A DNA stretch of 64,000 nt, from assembly GCA_963702025.1 (NCBI GenBank), contig OY969699.1:96001-160000 (forward strand). Direction: 5' to 3'. This document shows, in pieces, positions 10,598 through 21,154 of this stretch (positions are counted from its first letter, which is position 1; every line of letters starts with the position of its first letter). Position numbers and translations under genes: made by a program. Below the pieces are notes generated by a model. The model worked only from the letters and a program-made list of their open reading frames with translations, was not told the DNA's origin and searched no databases. This stretch comes from an uncultured bacterium (GTDB lineage: Bacteria; Babelota; Babeliae; Babelales; Vermiphilaceae).

Positions 10598-11847
10598 CGG
10601 TTACCCCATGACTCATAAAGATCTTTAATAAACTGATCCCATGATTCTTTCTCTTTAAAAATCGGATAATTTACCGGTTTAATAGTTTTTTTAGAATCCC
10701 AAATTATTGAAAATTGCCCGTCGGCCCGAAGTTTGCCAACGTAGACCATTTTCCAGGTATTAAAACTTTCATGATCGGTATAAACAATTCCTGACGGGGC
10801 GCTTAGAACGCGGTCATGTAAATATTTTCTAACTTGATTGGCTTGAGATGACTTGGCATCAGAAATCGCTTGAGCCCAAAAATGAACACCAATATATCCG
10901 GCTTCGCATGCTTCATTAAGAACGCGAGCGGGGCCATATTTTTGTTTAAACTGTGATACAAAATTAGCGTTTTGCTCAGTCTCAAGACTTTGGAAATAAC
11001 TTGCGGTAACATAATCACCGGCCATGGCACTATTGCCAATCTGTGCAAACTCCACCTCGGTTACACTGCTGATAGACATTACGGGAATTTTTTCAGATGT
11101 AATGCCCCGTTCGCGTAATTCTTTAAAAAAGGCGACATTGCTTTCACCTTGAATGGTGTTGATAATAATATCAGGATTTGCTGCCAGAATTTTAGCAACC
11201 ATCCCTGTTACATCCGCGGCTCCCAACAAAATATAATCCTCGCCAACAATTTCGGCATTCACGCAGGCCACCACATTCTTTATTATCTGATTGGCTGTCC
11301 GCGAAAATATATAATCAGAACCAACTAAAAAAAATTTTTTGCCAAGATTATAGAAACTCCACAGAGCACAAACCGTTATTTGTTGATTTTGGGTTGCTCC
11401 GGTATACAAAATATGCGAAGAATCTTCGATCCCTTCATACGAAACAGGATATATCAACAAATTATCATATTTTTCCACTACCGCTTTTACCGCTTTTCGG
11501 CTCGCCGATGTCCAGCAGCCGATGATTGCATCAACCTTTTCATCTTTAATTAAGCTCTCTGCTTGTGCCGCAAAGATTTTTTCATCAGATTTACCGTCTT
11601 TAATAATCGGTATTATTTTTCTACCGATAATGCCACCCTGCTGATTAATTTCATCAATGGCCATAATTTCCGCATCAATCAACGGTTTTTCACTCATTGA
11701 TTGGCTCCCGGTAATTGAATGCAAAATCCCTATTTTTATCGGCTGTTTTGTATAAAAATAAAATGCGCAAGCAGCTGCTAATAGTACTACACTTGCAAAA
11801 AAAGCAGCAACAGCCAGTTGAAACTCTTTTTTTGTTCTCTCTTTCAT
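10576..11847 (-). CDS. UrtA/AmiC-like (urea/amide) substrate-binding protein with N-terminal anchor
   Basis: IKIGILHSITGS.SMSE, GCWTSASRKAV, YPVSYEG, GSDYIF motifs of UrtA. Confidence 0.9.
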   Translation of the reverse strand: MKERTKKEFQLAVAAFFASVVLLAAACAFYFYTKQPIKIGILHSITGSQSMSEKPLIDAEIMAIDEINQQGGIIGRKIIPIIKDGKSDEKIFAAQAESLIKDEKVDAIIGCWTSASRKAVKAVVEKYDNLLIYPVSYEGIEDSSHILYTGATQNQQITVCALWSFYNLGKKFFLVGSDYIFSRTANQIIKNVVACVNAEIVGEDYILLGAADVTGMVAKILAANPDIIINTIQGESNVAFFKELRERGITSEKIPVMSISSVTEVEFAQIGNSAMAGDYVTASYFQSLETEQNANFVSQFKQKYGPARVLNEACEAGYIGVHFWAQAISDAKSSQANQVRKYLHDRVLSAPSGIVYTDHESFNTWKMVYVGKLRADGQFSIIWDSKKTIKPVNYPIFKEKESWDQFIKDLYESWGNRWSRQTG

Positions 11848-11855
11848 TGCGCCAC

Positions 11856-13436
11856 CTATTTAATCATTTTTAAGAATTTGAGCAATGAAACTGCGTGACC
11901 ATCAATTTTCTCCCAGGGGTCACCTATTTTTTGTAATCGCGGTATAACAGTTTTTATGGTAAATTTCTGTGAAGTAAGTTTGGGATCATGAACTTCTTCC
12001 CACTTGAGCGGTGTTGCAACGGGAGCCATTTCATGCGGCCTCACTGAATAGGGCGCCACTGAAGTTGCGCTAAAACGATTACGCAAGGTATCAATAAAAA
12101 TTTTTCCGCCTCTTTTTTCTTTGCGAACCTCCAAAGTATACTTTTTGGGGTCCCTCTTAATCATTTCTTCAGCAATTGCGTAAGCAAATTGAGCAATTTG
12201 ATCAAAGGTATGAACACGCTTGAGGGGAACAACAACATGCATTCCACGTGAGCCTGTTGTCATAGCAAAACAGGGGATATCATGCTTATCAAAGATTTCT
12301 TTGATCAGCAAAGCCGCCTCGCGGATATCAGAAAATTCATTTTTTTTTGACGGATCAAAATCAAAGACCAGCCGATCAGGCGTATGAAGCTTATCGTAAC
12401 GAGAGAGCCATGAATGAAAGGTTAATGCGCCCTGGTTTGCAAGATAGACTAATGTTGCCGTATCATTTGGCACCACATAATTTACCTTGCCGCCTCCTTC
12501 CTTTGCAATGGCAGTTGTTTTGATCCATTTTGGAAAATATGAGCCTGCATTTTTTTGATAAAATGATTGTTTGGTGATTCCATCAGGAAACCGTTGCATA
12601 GTAAGAGGATGATTTTTTACATGAGAAACAATATATGCGCCAACGGCATTATAATAATCTAAGATTTCACCCTTAGTAATTTTTGATTCGGGGAACCAAA
12701 CTTTAGATTGATTGCTCAATTCTATGGTACGTGACCCAACTTTAATAGGGTCATCATCTTCTGAATCCCAAACCTTATCTTTATCTGAAGCAATTTTACT
12801 CAATGTTCTGCCAGTGAGCGCGGATACGTCTTTTTTTATTTTATTCTTTTTCGCTTGTTTAAAAAGATCAGCTCCTTTTTTCATTTTAAGAATTATCCAG
12901 CTGTTTTTATTGGAAAGGCCCGCGGTTTTGATGAGCGCATACGGGCCCCATAATTTCTTGCCTTGTAAAAATACTTCTATAGTGCCTCGAGCGTAGCATT
13001 CTTTCATTGGTACAATCTTGCCATTCTCTTCTTTGATGTTCACGTAGGTGCCAATATCCCACACCATCACCGTACCACCGCCATAATGCCCCTCGGGAAT
13101 AATTCCTTCAAAATCAGCATATTCCATTGGATGGTCATCGGTGGGCATCGCTAAATGGCGTACATTGAGAGTCTCTGGCAATCCTTTGGGAACCGCCCAT
13201 GATTTGAGCACGCCATCAATTTCTAATCGAAAATCATAATGCAAGTGGCTCGCATCATGCTTTTGAATAACAAAAAGTGGATTCTTTTTTGGCTGTTTTG
13301 CAACTTTTCCAAAAGGCTCAGCAGCTTTGACTGTTTTTTTTAAGCCACGACGTTGCCGATATGTTTTTAATGGATTTGAGGCCATGCTACATCCCACTAC
13401 TATGAAACTCAAAATAATGATGCTACTTGATTTCAT
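11856..13436 (-). CDS. ligD: LigD-family NHEJ protein: 3'-phosphoesterase + polymerase domains, no ligase domain
   Basis: FVIQKHDASHLHYDFRLE..SWAVPKG (PE); RFPDG, FYQKN, DFDP, TTGSRGMH, PYSVR (AEP Pol). Start 13436 or 13385. Confidence 0.9.
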   Translation of the reverse strand: MKSSSIIILSFIVVGCSMASNPLKTYRQRRGLKKTVKAAEPFGKVAKQPKKNPLFVIQKHDASHLHYDFRLEIDGVLKSWAVPKGLPETLNVRHLAMPTDDHPMEYADFEGIIPEGHYGGGTVMVWDIGTYVNIKEENGKIVPMKECYARGTIEVFLQGKKLWGPYALIKTAGLSNKNSWIILKMKKGADLFKQAKKNKIKKDVSALTGRTLSKIASDKDKVWDSEDDDPIKVGSRTIELSNQSKVWFPESKITKGEILDYYNAVGAYIVSHVKNHPLTMQRFPDGITKQSFYQKNAGSYFPKWIKTTAIAKEGGGKVNYVVPNDTATLVYLANQGALTFHSWLSRYDKLHTPDRLVFDFDPSKKNEFSDIREAALLIKEIFDKHDIPCFAMTTGSRGMHVVVPLKRVHTFDQIAQFAYAIAEEMIKRDPKKYTLEVRKEKRGGKIFIDTLRNRFSATSVAPYSVRPHEMAPVATPLKWEEVHDPKLTSQKFTIKTVIPRLQKIGDPWEKIDGHAVSLLKFLKMIK

Positions 13437-13493
13437 TTTTTTATTTTTAGATTGCTTAAAACCAGAATTACATTGCAAGAGAATTTTAAAAGT

Positions 13494-14222
13494 TTAACGC
13501 AGAATGACTTGCATACCGTCAAAGGCAATAGCAACTTTAACATCACGTTCTTTACCAAGATTTTCAACTTTTTCTTCAACCTCACGAGCATTGCCCGCAA
13601 CAATTTGTGTACCACAATGGGTTATGATCGCACGCGGCACTTTTTCTTTTTGACACCAACCAAGTTGCGCTCGAATGGTGGTGTGCCCAAAGAGTTGATT
13701 GCCTTTACGCCTGACCATGGGTCTGAAAATCGTTGCGCCATCACCAATGTATAACCGCACATTTTTTAATGCCGCATGCCGTTGGTTAATTGAAATCAGA
13801 TCACCAGCATAATAGATGGTTGCCTTGCCGGCAGTTATTCGATAGCCGACACCCGGACATCGTATGGAATGCACCTCAGAAAAAACTTCGACCGTAAAAC
13901 CAACAATGTCCAATTTTTGCCGATCATGAATAACTATTTTTTCTTTGATGGGAAATTTTTTTAGTTCTTTGGTATTCCAACTATCCTTGGTTGCATAGAC
14001 CGGGCACGGTGCGCCATTTTTTAAACCCCATGCATGGTCAGGATGAGCATGTGTTAAAATAATTGCATGCGGTTTTATTGCATTCACCTTGCCGAGCCAA
14101 TCCAAACCGCAATCTATCAATATGCGTTTGCCTTTATAGGTGATCAAGGTAGAAGTATGGCGATAATGTTTTTTGGATCGCACATCGATATAGCCACGTG
14201 TGCCTAAAAAAGTAATCTTCAT
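13494..14222 (-). CDS. MBL-fold metallo-hydrolase
   Basis: MKITFLGT, LIDCG, THAHPDH, H, YAGD, TH motifs. Confidence 0.88.
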   Translation of the reverse strand: MKITFLGTRGYIDVRSKKHYRHTSTLITYKGKRILIDCGLDWLGKVNAIKPHAIILTHAHPDHAWGLKNGAPCPVYATKDSWNTKELKKFPIKEKIVIHDRQKLDIVGFTVEVFSEVHSIRCPGVGYRITAGKATIYYAGDLISINQRHAALKNVRLYIGDGATIFRPMVRRKGNQLFGHTTIRAQLGWCQKEKVPRAIITHCGTQIVAGNAREVEEKVENLGKERDVKVAIAFDGMQVILR

Positions 14223-14259
14223 GCTATGAGCTTGAAAAAAGAGCTCACGCAAAGTCAAT

Positions 14260-14286
14260 AAAAAAGGCAGGTTTTTGAAGCCTGCC
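14260..14286 (-). terminator. Intrinsic terminator
   Basis: GGCAGG-loop-CCTGCC followed by T6 on the minus strand. Confidence 0.6.
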
Positions 14287-14342
14287 CAATTTTTACTTCC
14301 TTAAATGAAAAATGTGCTCATTGCTCTCTTTCTTTGGATTAG

Positions 14343-14666
14343 TTACGCAACAACAACTTTGTTTGCGGTAACGGTGATATCTAAAGTTTCGTCTTGTGAC
14401 GCCAAGAAAAGATGAGCTGGCTCATCAAAATTAACCAAAACTTCTGGTTGAGATATCACAACATTTCCCGCTTCATCTGTTTTAACTACAGAAAAAGTTA
14501 CCAATGCTTGTGTTTCTGTTTCATTTACTACAACTAATTGTGTAATGCTGATATTTGCGTCCATCTGGCCGTTTCTCAACACGTCAACGGTAGCAGCAAC
14601 TTCTGCATTTGCTGCAACTGCGAGCATTGATGCCAAACCGAAAGCAAAAAATTTAACTGATTTCAT
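14343..14666 (-). CDS. Secreted beta-rich hypothetical protein (paralog of 14799..15173)
   Basis: AAGGAG SD before ATG 14666; signal peptide ending ANA. Confidence 0.75.
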   Translation of the reverse strand: MKSVKFFAFGLASMLAVAANAEVAATVDVLRNGQMDANISITQLVVVNETETQALVTFSVVKTDEAGNVVISQPEVLVNFDEPAHLFLASQDETLDITVTANKVVVA

Positions 14667-14798
14667 AGAAATCTCCTTATACTGTTTATTAATATTAGTA
14701 ATCATTACTTTTAAGGAAGCATCTTCTATTACTACTTTTTTTCTTTTATGATTACACAGTGTAACAAATGCCGGTGAAAACACAACGAATATTAAAAT

Positions 14799-15173
14799 TT
14801 ACACCTTTACGGCGGCAACTAATAAGCTAAACACTTCATCTTTGCCATTGCATTGCAAAGATGACATTCCCAAGCCGCGCTCAAGTGAAATGCTCAGATG
14901 CGGTGCGCCGCGCACCATAAAAGCATTACTCTCATTTGTTGTAGCGACAATAAAACGTATTTGTGCTTCAGAGTTCTCTCCAAGCAACTCCACTTCAATA
15001 TAGGTGCGGGCATCTTGATAAATTTTGTGTGTTTTACCATCAACTGATAATTCTAGTGGCTCAGATATAGCAACATTTATGTTTCTTATAACAGCCAGCT
15101 CAACACGCACGGTTGAAAACGCGGGAGCCACAAAACCCAAAATCCCCAATACTAAAAATGTCTTTAATTTCAT
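14799..15173 (-). CDS. Secreted beta-rich hypothetical protein
   Basis: SD AAGGAG; signal peptide; strand pattern aligns with neighbour. Confidence 0.75.
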   Translation of the reverse strand: MKLKTFLVLGILGFVAPAFSTVRVELAVIRNINVAISEPLELSVDGKTHKIYQDARTYIEVELLGENSEAQIRFIVATTNESNAFMVRGAPHLSISLERGLGMSSLQCNGKDEVFSLLVAAVKV

Positions 15174-15191
15174 AACTACTCTCCTTAATTT

Positions 15192-16571
15192 TTAAGCGGT
15201 TATTAATTCGATTTCATTTTCTTTTGTTTCTTGCGGTGGTGTCGCTGCACTTACCGGCTCATTAGCGTTAGCATTGCTTTGGTCGTTAATAATGTCATGG
15301 ACCACATCTTGTGTTACCACACTAACTATTTCAATCACAACAGGATCAATGGTAGCCGGCTTTTCATTATGTGCCTTTTGTTCCTGCTCTTCAACGCATG
15401 CAACTTCTTTATTTTCATCGCAGGGAATTTGCATCTTTTGGCAGGAATCAACTTCTTCAGCCATCATGTGTGGCACGTCAACCATCGGTTGCTCTTGTGC
15501 ATCAGTCGTATTGCAAGCGTCACACTCATAAGTGTACCGATCAAGCAATGCAATAATGGAATCACGATTTCCAACTTCTTGGGCTACCTGTACCAAAGTT
15601 TTACCGGAAGACTCTCTTTGAGCAACATCCGCGCCGGCGTCAAGTAACATCTGTACAATCTTTTCATCGCCTTTGACAACTGCCAAAAGTAATGGGGAAA
15701 AGCCACAGTCTACGCCTTTATTAACGTCCGCTCCTGCGTCGATAAGAAATGCAACCGTGTCCAGTGCATTTTTTTCTGCGGCGATAGCCATATGCAAAGG
15801 AGTAGCTCGATCAAGATTGCTACAATTTACATCAGCGCCATTCGTCAATAATAGGTTTATCAGAGGACCGTTGCAACAATAGGCTGCATAATGCAAAGCA
15901 GTATCGCCAAATTGGCTTGCGATGTTAATATTTACCCCCTCTTGGGCAAATCGCGTCAGTGTCTCAAAATCATTGTTGTTGATTGCAATTATGATCTGCT
16001 CATCTTGGGTCAATTCTCTGCAAACGTCGGCTTGTTCCATATCTTGATCAACGGCCACAACGCTTGAATAGGGCGCTTGCTCAACGGCATCTTTGCTTAA
16101 TTCTCTGCACACATCTGGGTCCATACCTTGATCAGCGGCCATAACGATTGAGCATGGCGCTTGCTCAACGGCATCTTGTTTCTCGCAAGGCATTTGTGCA
16201 TTTTTGCTTTGTTCAGTATCGCAGGAATCAACGGACGGCATCAAAGGCTGACTTACAACGCACGGCATTTTGCACTGATCATTATTTTCTTTTTTACTGC
16301 GGTAATAATCTTGGTGCTCTAAATCACAGAGCAATTGATCTTCATCAACGCAGGGTGAAAGAGAAAGAGAATCTTGTTTTGGCTCTTCAGCTTTTTTGAA
16401 CAAACTATAAACAATATAACCTGCAGCAACTGCGCCAATGGCTGCCGCTATTTTTTTTGTATTAGACCAGTTATTAATGTCATTAACTAAGGTATTAAAA
16501 ACAGAAATTCCCGGTTGAGTAACTCCGATCCAAAAAAGGCTCACAATACAAATAACGTGTAATACTTTCAT
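15192..16571 (-). CDS. Ankyrin-repeat protein with signal peptide, TM helix and Cys/acidic low-complexity regions
   Basis: GDTALHYAA, ATPLHMA, GFSPLLLAV, GADV repeats. Confidence 0.9.
   Translation of the reverse strand: MKVLHVICIVSLFWIGVTQPGISVFNTLVNDINNWSNTKKIAAAIGAVAAGYIVYSLFKKAEEPKQDSLSLSPCVDEDQLLCDLEHQDYYRSKKENNDQCKMPCVVSQPLMPSVDSCDTEQSKNAQMPCEKQDAVEQAPCSIVMAADQGMDPDVCRELSKDAVEQAPYSSVVAVDQDMEQADVCRELTQDEQIIIAINNNDFETLTRFAQEGVNINIASQFGDTALHYAAYCCNGPLINLLLTNGADVNCSNLDRATPLHMAIAAEKNALDTVAFLIDAGADVNKGVDCGFSPLLLAVVKGDEKIVQMLLDAGADVAQRESSGKTLVQVAQEVGNRDSIIALLDRYTYECDACNTTDAQEQPMVDVPHMMAEEVDSCQKMQIPCDENKEVACVEEQEQKAHNEKPATIDPVVIEIVSVVTQDVVHDIINDQSNANANEPVSAATPPQETKENEIELITA
16012..16177. repeat. 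Two-copy intragenic tandem repeat (about 28-29 codons per unit)
   Basis: DAVEQAPCSIVMAADQGMDPDVCREL / DAVEQAPYSSVVAVDQDMEQADVCREL. Confidence 0.85.
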
Positions 16572-16594
16572 AACTAAACTTTCAATCTAAAATT

Positions 16595-19048
16595 TTAACT
16601 TATAACAAAATTAATCAGGCGGCCTTTAACAAAAATAACTTTATGTATCATTTTTCCTTCAAGCCAGTGTGTTATTTCTTTTTCTGCTCGAGCTCGCACC
16701 TCCTGTTCTGTGCTGTCATGTTTTACAAATATATTTGCGCGCAATTTGCCATTTACTTGAACAACAATTGTTTCCAATTCATCAGCTGCCAATGCTGGAT
16801 CATAGGCGGGCCATGCGCAATCGGATAACTGTTTACCGCATATTGTTTGCAATATTTCGCTGGCCATGTGCGGCGCAAGCACCGAAAGCGCTACTGCCAA
16901 TTTTTCAATTGTTGATCGAGATAGGAGCATTGTATCACTATGCGCATCATTTAACCACTCCATCATTGCAGAAATGGCAGTATTGGGCTTATAATGCGCG
17001 AGACGTTGCTGGTATTCTTTTAAGAATTTGTTGAACCGTTGCTTTGTTGGCATGTCTTCTTCAACGCCATCTTGCAAAATATGCCCCGGCGTATTCACAT
17101 AATCCCACAAACGATTTACGAATCGTTTGATTCCTTCCAAGCCGCTATCTTGCCATTCACAATCAAGCTCCGGCGGGCCCATAAACATCATGTACATGCG
17201 CAAAGCATCAGATCCATATTCGCTCACTATCTCATCAGGATTCACCACGTTGCCTTGTGATTTTGACATTTTTTCTACGTGGCCACTTTTTTCTGAATAT
17301 TTAAGCACCATACCTTGATTAAATAAATGCGCAAAAGGCTCATCAAACGGCAAATAGCCAAGATCATGCAATACTTTCACGTAAAAGCGGGCATAGAGCA
17401 AGTGCAAAATGGCGTGTTCAATGCCACCGATATAAAGATCAACCGGTTCCCAATATTTCATATCTTTTTTATCAAAGGGCTCATTATTTAAATGAGGATT
17501 TGGATACCGTAAGAAATACCAGCTTGATCCGGCCCACTGCGGCATAGTATTAGTTTCACGCTTTGCCGGTCCGCCACATTTTGGACACGTGGTATTAACC
17601 CATGATTCAATAGCAGCAAGCGGTGATTCGCCCGTACCGGTCGGCTGATAGCGCTCAACATCGGGTAATGTTACGGGCAACTGATCCTCAGGAACTGGCA
17701 CAATGCCATCTTTAGGGCAATGGACCAATGGAATTGGTTCACCCCAATACCGTTGGCGAGAAAATAACCAGTCACGCAACTTATAGGTAGTAACTTTTCG
17801 TGCAAAAGATTTTTTTACTAAAAAATCAACAATTTTTTCACGGCCTTCAGTCCGTGCATCAAGTCCATTGAATGGCCCACTGTTAATTAAAAATCCCGGA
17901 CCTTCATATGATTTTTTTATATTAGCGTCAGCATCGGTTAACACACCTTCAGCTTTAATTACAGCCGGACGATGCAAGTCAAAATTAACAGCAAATTCAA
18001 AATCCCGTTCATCATGAGCCGGCACACCCATTACAATCCCCGTGCCATATCCCATAAGAACATATGATGCCGCATAAATTGGTACTGATTCCCCGGTGGC
18101 AGGATTTGTTGCATAAGAACCGGTAAATACACCGGTTTTTTCTTTGCCATCATCAGTATCAGAACCCATCATGCGTGTGCTGGCAACCATATCCTGATAT
18201 TCTCGCATTTGCTGCTTATTTTCAGGAGTTACCAAATCATTAACCAAGGGATGGTTTGGGGCGATAACTAAAAAAGTGGTCCCGTAAATAGTTTCAGGAA
18301 ATTTAGTAAAGATGGGCAAATCCAATGTTTTACCGTCAATGCTTTTTGCCGTGAAGAAAATTTCTACCCCTTCACTCTTGCCGATCCAGTTACGTTGCAT
18401 CGTTTTTACTTTTTCCGGCCATTCAAGTGTATCAAGACCATCAAGTAATTTTTCGCCATACTGCGTAATCTTGAGTACCCATTGTGCAATATTTTTTTGC
18501 GTAACCGGCGTGCCACACCGCTCACATTTACCATTGACCACTTCTTCATTGGCAAGCCCGGTCAAATCCGTAGGACACCAGTTGATCGGCATTTCTGCCC
18601 GATAGGCAAGCCCCGCATTATACATCTTTAGAAATATCCATTGCGTCCACTTATAATAAGCAGGATCAGTGGTATTAATTTCTTTATCCCAATCATAAAT
18701 AGCGGCAATTTGCTGCAATTGTCTTTTAAAGGTAGCAATGTTGTTGGCAGTACCAATTGCGGGCGGAATACCCTTTTTAATCGCATCGTTTTCCGCTGGC
18801 AAACCAAAAGCATCCCAACCCATCGGATGCAAAACGTTATACCCTTCAAGCCATTTTATCCGAGCATAGATATCAGAAAGCACATAGCCTCTCCAGTGGC
18901 CAACGTGCAACCCTGACCCTGAAGGATAGGGGAACATATCCAAACAATAAAACTTTTTACCCGACCCGGCAGGCTTTGTTGTTGCCGGTGGCTGCTGCGC
19001 CCATATCTTCTGCCATTTTTCTTCGATATTCTTAAAATCGTAACTCAT
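16595..19048 (-). CDS. leuS: Leucine--tRNA ligase
   Basis: MFPYPSG.GLHVGH, SRQRYWG.PIP, KMSKS. Confidence 0.98.
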   Translation of the reverse strand: MSYDFKNIEEKWQKIWAQQPPATTKPAGSGKKFYCLDMFPYPSGSGLHVGHWRGYVLSDIYARIKWLEGYNVLHPMGWDAFGLPAENDAIKKGIPPAIGTANNIATFKRQLQQIAAIYDWDKEINTTDPAYYKWTQWIFLKMYNAGLAYRAEMPINWCPTDLTGLANEEVVNGKCERCGTPVTQKNIAQWVLKITQYGEKLLDGLDTLEWPEKVKTMQRNWIGKSEGVEIFFTAKSIDGKTLDLPIFTKFPETIYGTTFLVIAPNHPLVNDLVTPENKQQMREYQDMVASTRMMGSDTDDGKEKTGVFTGSYATNPATGESVPIYAASYVLMGYGTGIVMGVPAHDERDFEFAVNFDLHRPAVIKAEGVLTDADANIKKSYEGPGFLINSGPFNGLDARTEGREKIVDFLVKKSFARKVTTYKLRDWLFSRQRYWGEPIPLVHCPKDGIVPVPEDQLPVTLPDVERYQPTGTGESPLAAIESWVNTTCPKCGGPAKRETNTMPQWAGSSWYFLRYPNPHLNNEPFDKKDMKYWEPVDLYIGGIEHAILHLLYARFYVKVLHDLGYLPFDEPFAHLFNQGMVLKYSEKSGHVEKMSKSQGNVVNPDEIVSEYGSDALRMYMMFMGPPELDCEWQDSGLEGIKRFVNRLWDYVNTPGHILQDGVEEDMPTKQRFNKFLKEYQQRLAHYKPNTAISAMMEWLNDAHSDTMLLSRSTIEKLAVALSVLAPHMASEILQTICGKQLSDCAWPAYDPALAADELETIVVQVNGKLRANIFVKHDSTEQEVRARAEKEITHWLEGKMIHKVIFVKGRLINFVIS

Positions 19049-19245
19049 TGTTTCCTTTAAATTTTCTTTTTCATGATTCTAGTTTAACATGATTTTTTAT
19101 CATTTAAATTGCAAGGAGGCAGATTAAATCTATAAATGCTGCTTACCAGCACCATTGGGCATTACAAAAGTAGCGATGAGATCGCACATTACTTCTTCGT
19201 ATTTATTAGTGCGTTCGTAGCGAACATCCAGAAATTTTTTTTGAA

Positions 19246-20832
19246 CTATTTTTTATAATTTTTTGTATATTCTTCGAGCAATTTTCTAACCTCATCATTG
19301 AGCGCATAATGTATTGCAGTATTGCCATTTGAATCTACATATGTTGGATCAACTTTATAATCAATTAACAGGTGAGTGAGATCATATCCCCTCTGCGCTG
19401 CAAGCATAAGTGGGGACATTCCTCCGCCTAGTATTGAAATACTTGGATTTGCCCCGGCCTGCAATAGTTGATCAACGACTGGCATATTACCTTGGAATAC
19501 CGCTCTTAACAATGCGGTTTCTCCATTTTGATCATAAAGATCAAGTTTTATCTTAGATTTAAGCTCAAGAAGTACTCTAATAATATCTTCATTACCTCCA
19601 TCAGCAGCAAGATAGAGAGCAGTAATTCCTGCGGCATCTTGCATATTTGGATCAGCGCCTGCTTTTAATAATTCATTAACAATAGTGAGATTACCATCTC
19701 GAACTGCAGTTATAAGGGGAGTCGTATTCATCGCAAGAGCATTAATAAACATTTTTGCAGGAGTAGCAAGCATAATTTTAACAATCTCAGGATTGTTCGT
19801 TAAAGCTGCAAAATAAAGAAGATTTGCCCCAAAACGATCAACTATCTTAGGATCCGCACCAGCCGCTAAAAGCATCTTTATGATTTGTATTGATTTTTCA
19901 GAATCTACCATAGCAAAAAAAATTGCTGATGCTCCTTTACTATCAACTTCATTAAGAGGTACTTTCTTTGAAATGAGCAGTTTAGCAATACCAACTTCTT
20001 CATGGGCGGCCGTTTCCATAAGTGGAGTAAGATTTTGTTTATCTTTTTTGAGAATATCGGCACCTTTTTCGATTAATAATTGAGCAATTTCGGGATGTTT
20101 TTTATGTATTGCCCACAGCAATGGGGTAAACCCACCATTATTTGGTTCATCAATTGATACCTTAGCAACATCGAGTAAGAAAATAACTATATCCTTATTG
20201 CCGGCACGAACTGCATAAATGAGCGGCGTGTTGCCATGCTTATCTTTCAAATTAAAGTTTGCATTTTTTGATACTAAAAATTTGATCAATTCTAGATTAT
20301 TCTTTTCTGCGGCTATCATAGCGGGAACTCTGGCCAATTTTGGATCGCGTGAATTTGGATCCGCGCCGGCGTTGATTAAAGTAATAACTTTTTTTGTTTC
20401 ATTTTTAAATAAGGCATCAAACAATGGAGAACGCGCCAATTTAAGCGCTTCTTTAGACGATTGTAAAAACTCTTGCAAAGCTTCTTTGGCCCCAGCTGTT
20501 CCTAATGCTAAAGCGGCTTTAATAAAATCATTGTTAAAATACTTTTCCGCTAAGATTCTTATTAAGAATTTATTGGTTGCCCTATCATAGAGCAATGCTG
20601 CAAGAGACTTATTGACTAGTAAAAAATTTTTAATATTTTTAATAACTTCTTGTGCTGATGAAGCATGGTTTCTGAGCTCATAGGTTACCATAGTGCTCAG
20701 CTCAAGTGGTAACAAATGTTCTGCACCGATTTCTTCTTCTATTATTTCTGGCTTTTCCATTGAGATGAGCGATAAACCAATATTCAAGCCGCCTATAAGG
20801 AGCAACAGCTTAGGAAAGTGTAAAAGGTTCAT
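19246..20832 (-). CDS. Secreted ankyrin-repeat protein with N-terminal F-box-like motif
   Basis: About 11 ankyrin repeats; LLPLELSTMV...IKNFLLVNKSL after the signal peptide. Confidence 0.9.
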   Translation of the reverse strand: MNLLHFPKLLLLIGGLNIGLSLISMEKPEIIEEEIGAEHLLPLELSTMVTYELRNHASSAQEVIKNIKNFLLVNKSLAALLYDRATNKFLIRILAEKYFNNDFIKAALALGTAGAKEALQEFLQSSKEALKLARSPLFDALFKNETKKVITLINAGADPNSRDPKLARVPAMIAAEKNNLELIKFLVSKNANFNLKDKHGNTPLIYAVRAGNKDIVIFLLDVAKVSIDEPNNGGFTPLLWAIHKKHPEIAQLLIEKGADILKKDKQNLTPLMETAAHEEVGIAKLLISKKVPLNEVDSKGASAIFFAMVDSEKSIQIIKMLLAAGADPKIVDRFGANLLYFAALTNNPEIVKIMLATPAKMFINALAMNTTPLITAVRDGNLTIVNELLKAGADPNMQDAAGITALYLAADGGNEDIIRVLLELKSKIKLDLYDQNGETALLRAVFQGNMPVVDQLLQAGANPSISILGGGMSPLMLAAQRGYDLTHLLIDYKVDPTYVDSNGNTAIHYALNDEVRKLLEEYTKNYKK

Positions 20833-20938
20833 TAGTTTGTCCTTTTTATAAATTTTCTATTTAAAAAAAATTCATTATCTTATCTTATAAGATAAAAAAC
20901 TCAAAATGGTAAAGTCAATACGTCAAAAGGAGTGCTTT

Positions 20939-21154
20939 ATGACCAAAATTATCTTGGCTTTTCTGGTTCATGTAGCAACTGTTTTAGCAGACAGTCCCCC
21001 TGAAAAAACAGGAATAAAAAATAACCTCCGCTCACCCGAAGAACAACAAAGAGCAGTTTTAGAACTTTTAGAAGGCGCATCGGCCCGCTTTAGCGAAAAA
21101 CCGATACTTAAATTAGCTGACCGCGACAAAAAGAAAGAAGAATCCCATGAATGA
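20939..21154 (+). CDS. Small secreted hypothetical protein
   Basis: AAGGAG SD, signal-like MTKIILAFLVHVATVLA; overlaps the next start. Confidence 0.55.
   Translation: MTKIILAFLVHVATVLADSPPEKTGIKNNLRSPEEQQRAVLELLEGASARFSEKPILKLADRDKKKEESHE

Noticed and set aside
19132..19240. Short minus-strand frame (KKFLDVRYERTNKYEEVMCDLIATFVMPNGAGKQHL) between the ankyrin gene and leuS
   Set aside because: No convincing start or recognisable homology; possibly a gene remnant but unsupported
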